In this document: one piece after another, positions 62,148-64,000 of the stretch
Numbering within the stretch: the stretch's first letter is position 1
Layout of the letters: the number at the start of each line of letters is the position of its first letter
Assembly: GCA_013152945.1 (NCBI GenBank)
Contig: JAADFL010000212.1
Coordinates: forward strand, 7,064 to 71,063
Source of the DNA: Deltaproteobacteria bacterium
Lineage (GTDB): Bacteria > Myxococcota_A > JAADFL01
Length of the DNA: 64,000 nucleotides
Reading direction: 5' to 3'
Program-made: the position numbers and the translations under genes
Notes under the pieces: generated by a model
Told to the model about the DNA's origin: nothing
The model's database searches: none
The model's input: only the letters and a program-made list of their open reading frames with translations

Positions 62148-64000
62148 GATTCTATTCCTTTACTCGGGGCTTCCCGGGGCTGGCTATCTCCCTCCTCGCT
62201 CAAGATTCCCCGCCTGACAAAATCTTCAGCCACATAGTCCAGGCCCAATTCATGCAATGTCTCGATAGTGGGGACACCATCAAGGTTCCATCCCTTGAAC
62301 TTGTAGTATTCATCCATGAGGTTCTTCTCGAACTCTGGAAACCTCTTCTTCCAATGGTCTTCCGGCGGCTTCTCATCCTTTCTCCTCATGCCCCTGCGTA
62401 TGTTGTTGGCCCTGACCAGGTTCCGGTTTCTCCTGGTAAGGCGAACCAGTCCGGGCTCATCCAGGTCCAGTCCCACGCCGGAAGAGATGAGTTCAGGCAA
62501 ATTGTGTATGTGAAAAGGCGGCTTGTACGGGAAAGATGAAAGTCCTGCGCACATACCGGTGCAGTCGTCGATGTAATGTTGCTGTTCCTGCCAATTCACG
62601 ATTTCACAAACCGCATCCACTGGCGGATAGTTTGGGATCGAGTGCTCTCCGCGAAGTTCCCAGTCCACGAACCATTGCTTGAATCTCTCATCCGGAACAT
62701 GCACCCAATCCTTGACAAACTCTTCGCGTTCTTCCCTTGTCGGAAACGGCATTTGAGGAAAGTTGCCTTCAATTTGCGTGATATTTACCTTTTCGCCGGT
62801 AATGTACATTATAAAGTAGATAGGGTTCAGCATCCCGAGCTTGAGCGGCAGTTGCTCGGTTTTCTTTATCGTGTTGTGAGCATACTCTTCCGCGCCCTTG
62901 CCGATTTCTCTGGACGCCCAATACGTGCCGTTTGCAAGGACATCACCAATTCCCTCACGCCGGACGATCTTGTCGAGCAGGTAATAGAACCTTCCCTCGT
63001 TGTCGGATGGAAATTCCGGCATGTCCTTGTCCGTAAGGATGCCTGCCTCGTATAGTTCAACGGCAAAGGCCATGGTCTGAGGTGCAGAGAATGCATCGAC
63101 CCCGTGTTCAGTTGCTTTTTGTGCGATTTTCAGGCCGAATTCCAGGTCTGAAAATGCTCCCATGGTGTACGTGAGCTTGGAGTAGCATTTCATCATGTAC
63201 GAGCACATCCTTGTGTCGACGGAAATGGCTGCGCCGCACTTCATGGGGCAATTGTAACAACTCAGCAACCTGGTCCGCCTGCTCTCCAGGGTTTCTTTCC
63301 ACTGCTTCGCGACATCCTCTGTCCAAAACCCTTTTCTGCGAACACGCGCATTGCCCCAGGCAAAGTTCTCTGTATGCCACTGCTCGTCATGAATGGCCAT
63401 CTCCTGCGGCGAGCCGATACCGCTCAAAATCGGAGGAACTCCCTTTATGGGATGTTCGTTTCGTACCTTGATGTATTCCAGGGATTGATTGCATAGCTTC
63501 ATGAAATCCGCCGGCTTGGCGACATTGATGTCCTTGCTCGTTCCTCGGACTGCCACGGCTTTTAGGTTTTTATCTCCCATGACAGCACCCAGCCCGAGAC
63601 GGCTCGCACTTGACCTGCCCTGCTCTATGGATGCAAAGTACACCCTGTTTTCACCAGCCAGGCCGATCGAGGCTACTGCGGCATTCGGTTCGTTCAACTC
63701 CTGGCGAATGATTTCCGCTGTCTCAAGCGACCCCAGTCCTTTTAGATGTGATGCATCGCGAATCTCAACCTTGTCGTTTTTGATCCACAAATAGACGAGC
63801 TTTGGGGACTTGCCGTTGATTATCACCTTGTCGTAACCGGCAAACTTCAATTCCGGGGCAAAGAAACCTCCCATCATTGCGTACCCGAACAGCCGAGTCT
63901 GAGGAGAGATTGCAGAAACAATAGTACGGTTGCAGCCCGGAGCAGGCGTGCCAACAAGAACTCCGGCACCGAATATTAGCAAGTTTTCCGGAGAAAACGG
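62144..64000 (-). CDS. bamB: Aldehyde:ferredoxin oxidoreductase family tungstopterin enzyme, BamB-like (5' end outside the window)
   Basis: The frame stays open to the window edge (...PFSPENLLIFGAGVLVGTPAPG, the AOR-family N-domain motif). The track's M at 63982 is an internal TTG. Position and partners match bamB. Confidence 0.65.
   Translation of the reverse strand, partial: PFSPENLLIFGAGVLVGTPAPGCNRTIVSAISPQTRLFGYAMMGGFFAPELKFAGYDKVIINGKSPKLVYLWIKNDKVEIRDASHLKGLGSLETAEIIRQELNEPNAAVASIGLAGENRVYFASIEQGRSSASRLGLGAVMGDKNLKAVAVRGTSKDINVAKPADFMKLCNQSLEYIKVRNEHPIKGVPPILSGIGSPQEMAIHDEQWHTENFAWGNARVRRKGFWTEDVAKQWKETLESRRTRLLSCYNCPMKCGAAISVDTRMCSYMMKCYSKLTYTMGAFSDLEFGLKIAQKATEHGVDAFSAPQTMAFAVELYEAGILTDKDMPEFPSDNEGRFYYLLDKIVRREGIGDVLANGTYWASREIGKGAEEYAHNTIKKTEQLPLKLGMLNPIYFIMYITGEKVNITQIEGNFPQMPFPTREEREEFVKDWVHVPDERFKQWFVDWELRGEHSIPNYPPVDAVCEIVNWQEQQHYIDDCTGMCAGLSSFPYKPPFHIHNLPELISSGVGLDLDEPGLVRLTRRNRNLVRANNIRRGMRRKDEKPPEDHWKKRFPEFEKNLMDEYYKFKGWNLDGVPTIETLHELGLDYVAEDFVRRGILSEEGDSQPREAPSKGIES

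Overview
This 64-kb chromosomal window appears to come from a strictly anaerobic diderm bacterium. Gene content suggests a Desulfobacterota, Syntrophia or Geobacter-type lineage, but that is inference only. I call about 48 protein-coding genes. I recognised no rRNA, tRNA, CRISPR array, transposase, integrase or prophage signature.

Blocks in order:
1. 28-558: a DJ-1/PfpI gene.
2. 564-5329 (-): a four-gene, translationally coupled operon of ABC ATPase, ABC-2 permease, GldG-like auxiliary protein and DUF4340-like protein.
3. 5603-7294 (-): RNase G/E.
4. 7493-12702 (+): a VIT+vWA protein, a TPR/polytopic membrane protein, a 67-aa small membrane ORF and a radical SAM/SPASM enzyme. The last three are linked by ATGA/TGATG overlaps.
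5. 12597-14397 (-): dnaJ plus a transglutaminase-like gene.
6. 14759-30263 (+): the most interesting block. It is an 11-gene co-directional array encoding a MotA/TolQ-type channel, two ExbD/TolR paralogues, an FHA-TM-TonB_C-like protein, two paralogous outer-membrane barrel candidates, three large secreted TPR/repeat proteins, a coiled-coil/barrel protein and a lipoprotein. This parts list matches the Myxococcus Agl-Glt/Nfs trans-envelope machines, here in a single locus and of unknown function.
7. 30456-39431: an envelope glycoconjugate-modification cluster. It holds a DegT aminotransferase, an orphan basic Cys/His protein, two GT-C-type membrane transferases, a flippase-like protein and a methyltransferase.
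8. 39428-53231 (-): ABC-2 exporter, ChlI/ChlD-like AAA+ proteins, CobN, a BtuFCD/Fec-type importer and a TonB-dependent receptor.
9. 53496-64000 (-): eight genes whose order, sizes and cofactor motifs match bamBCDEFGHI, the class II ATP-independent benzoyl-CoA reductase. bamB is cut by the window edge.

All functional calls rest on motifs I can read in the translations plus synteny. No database search was run.
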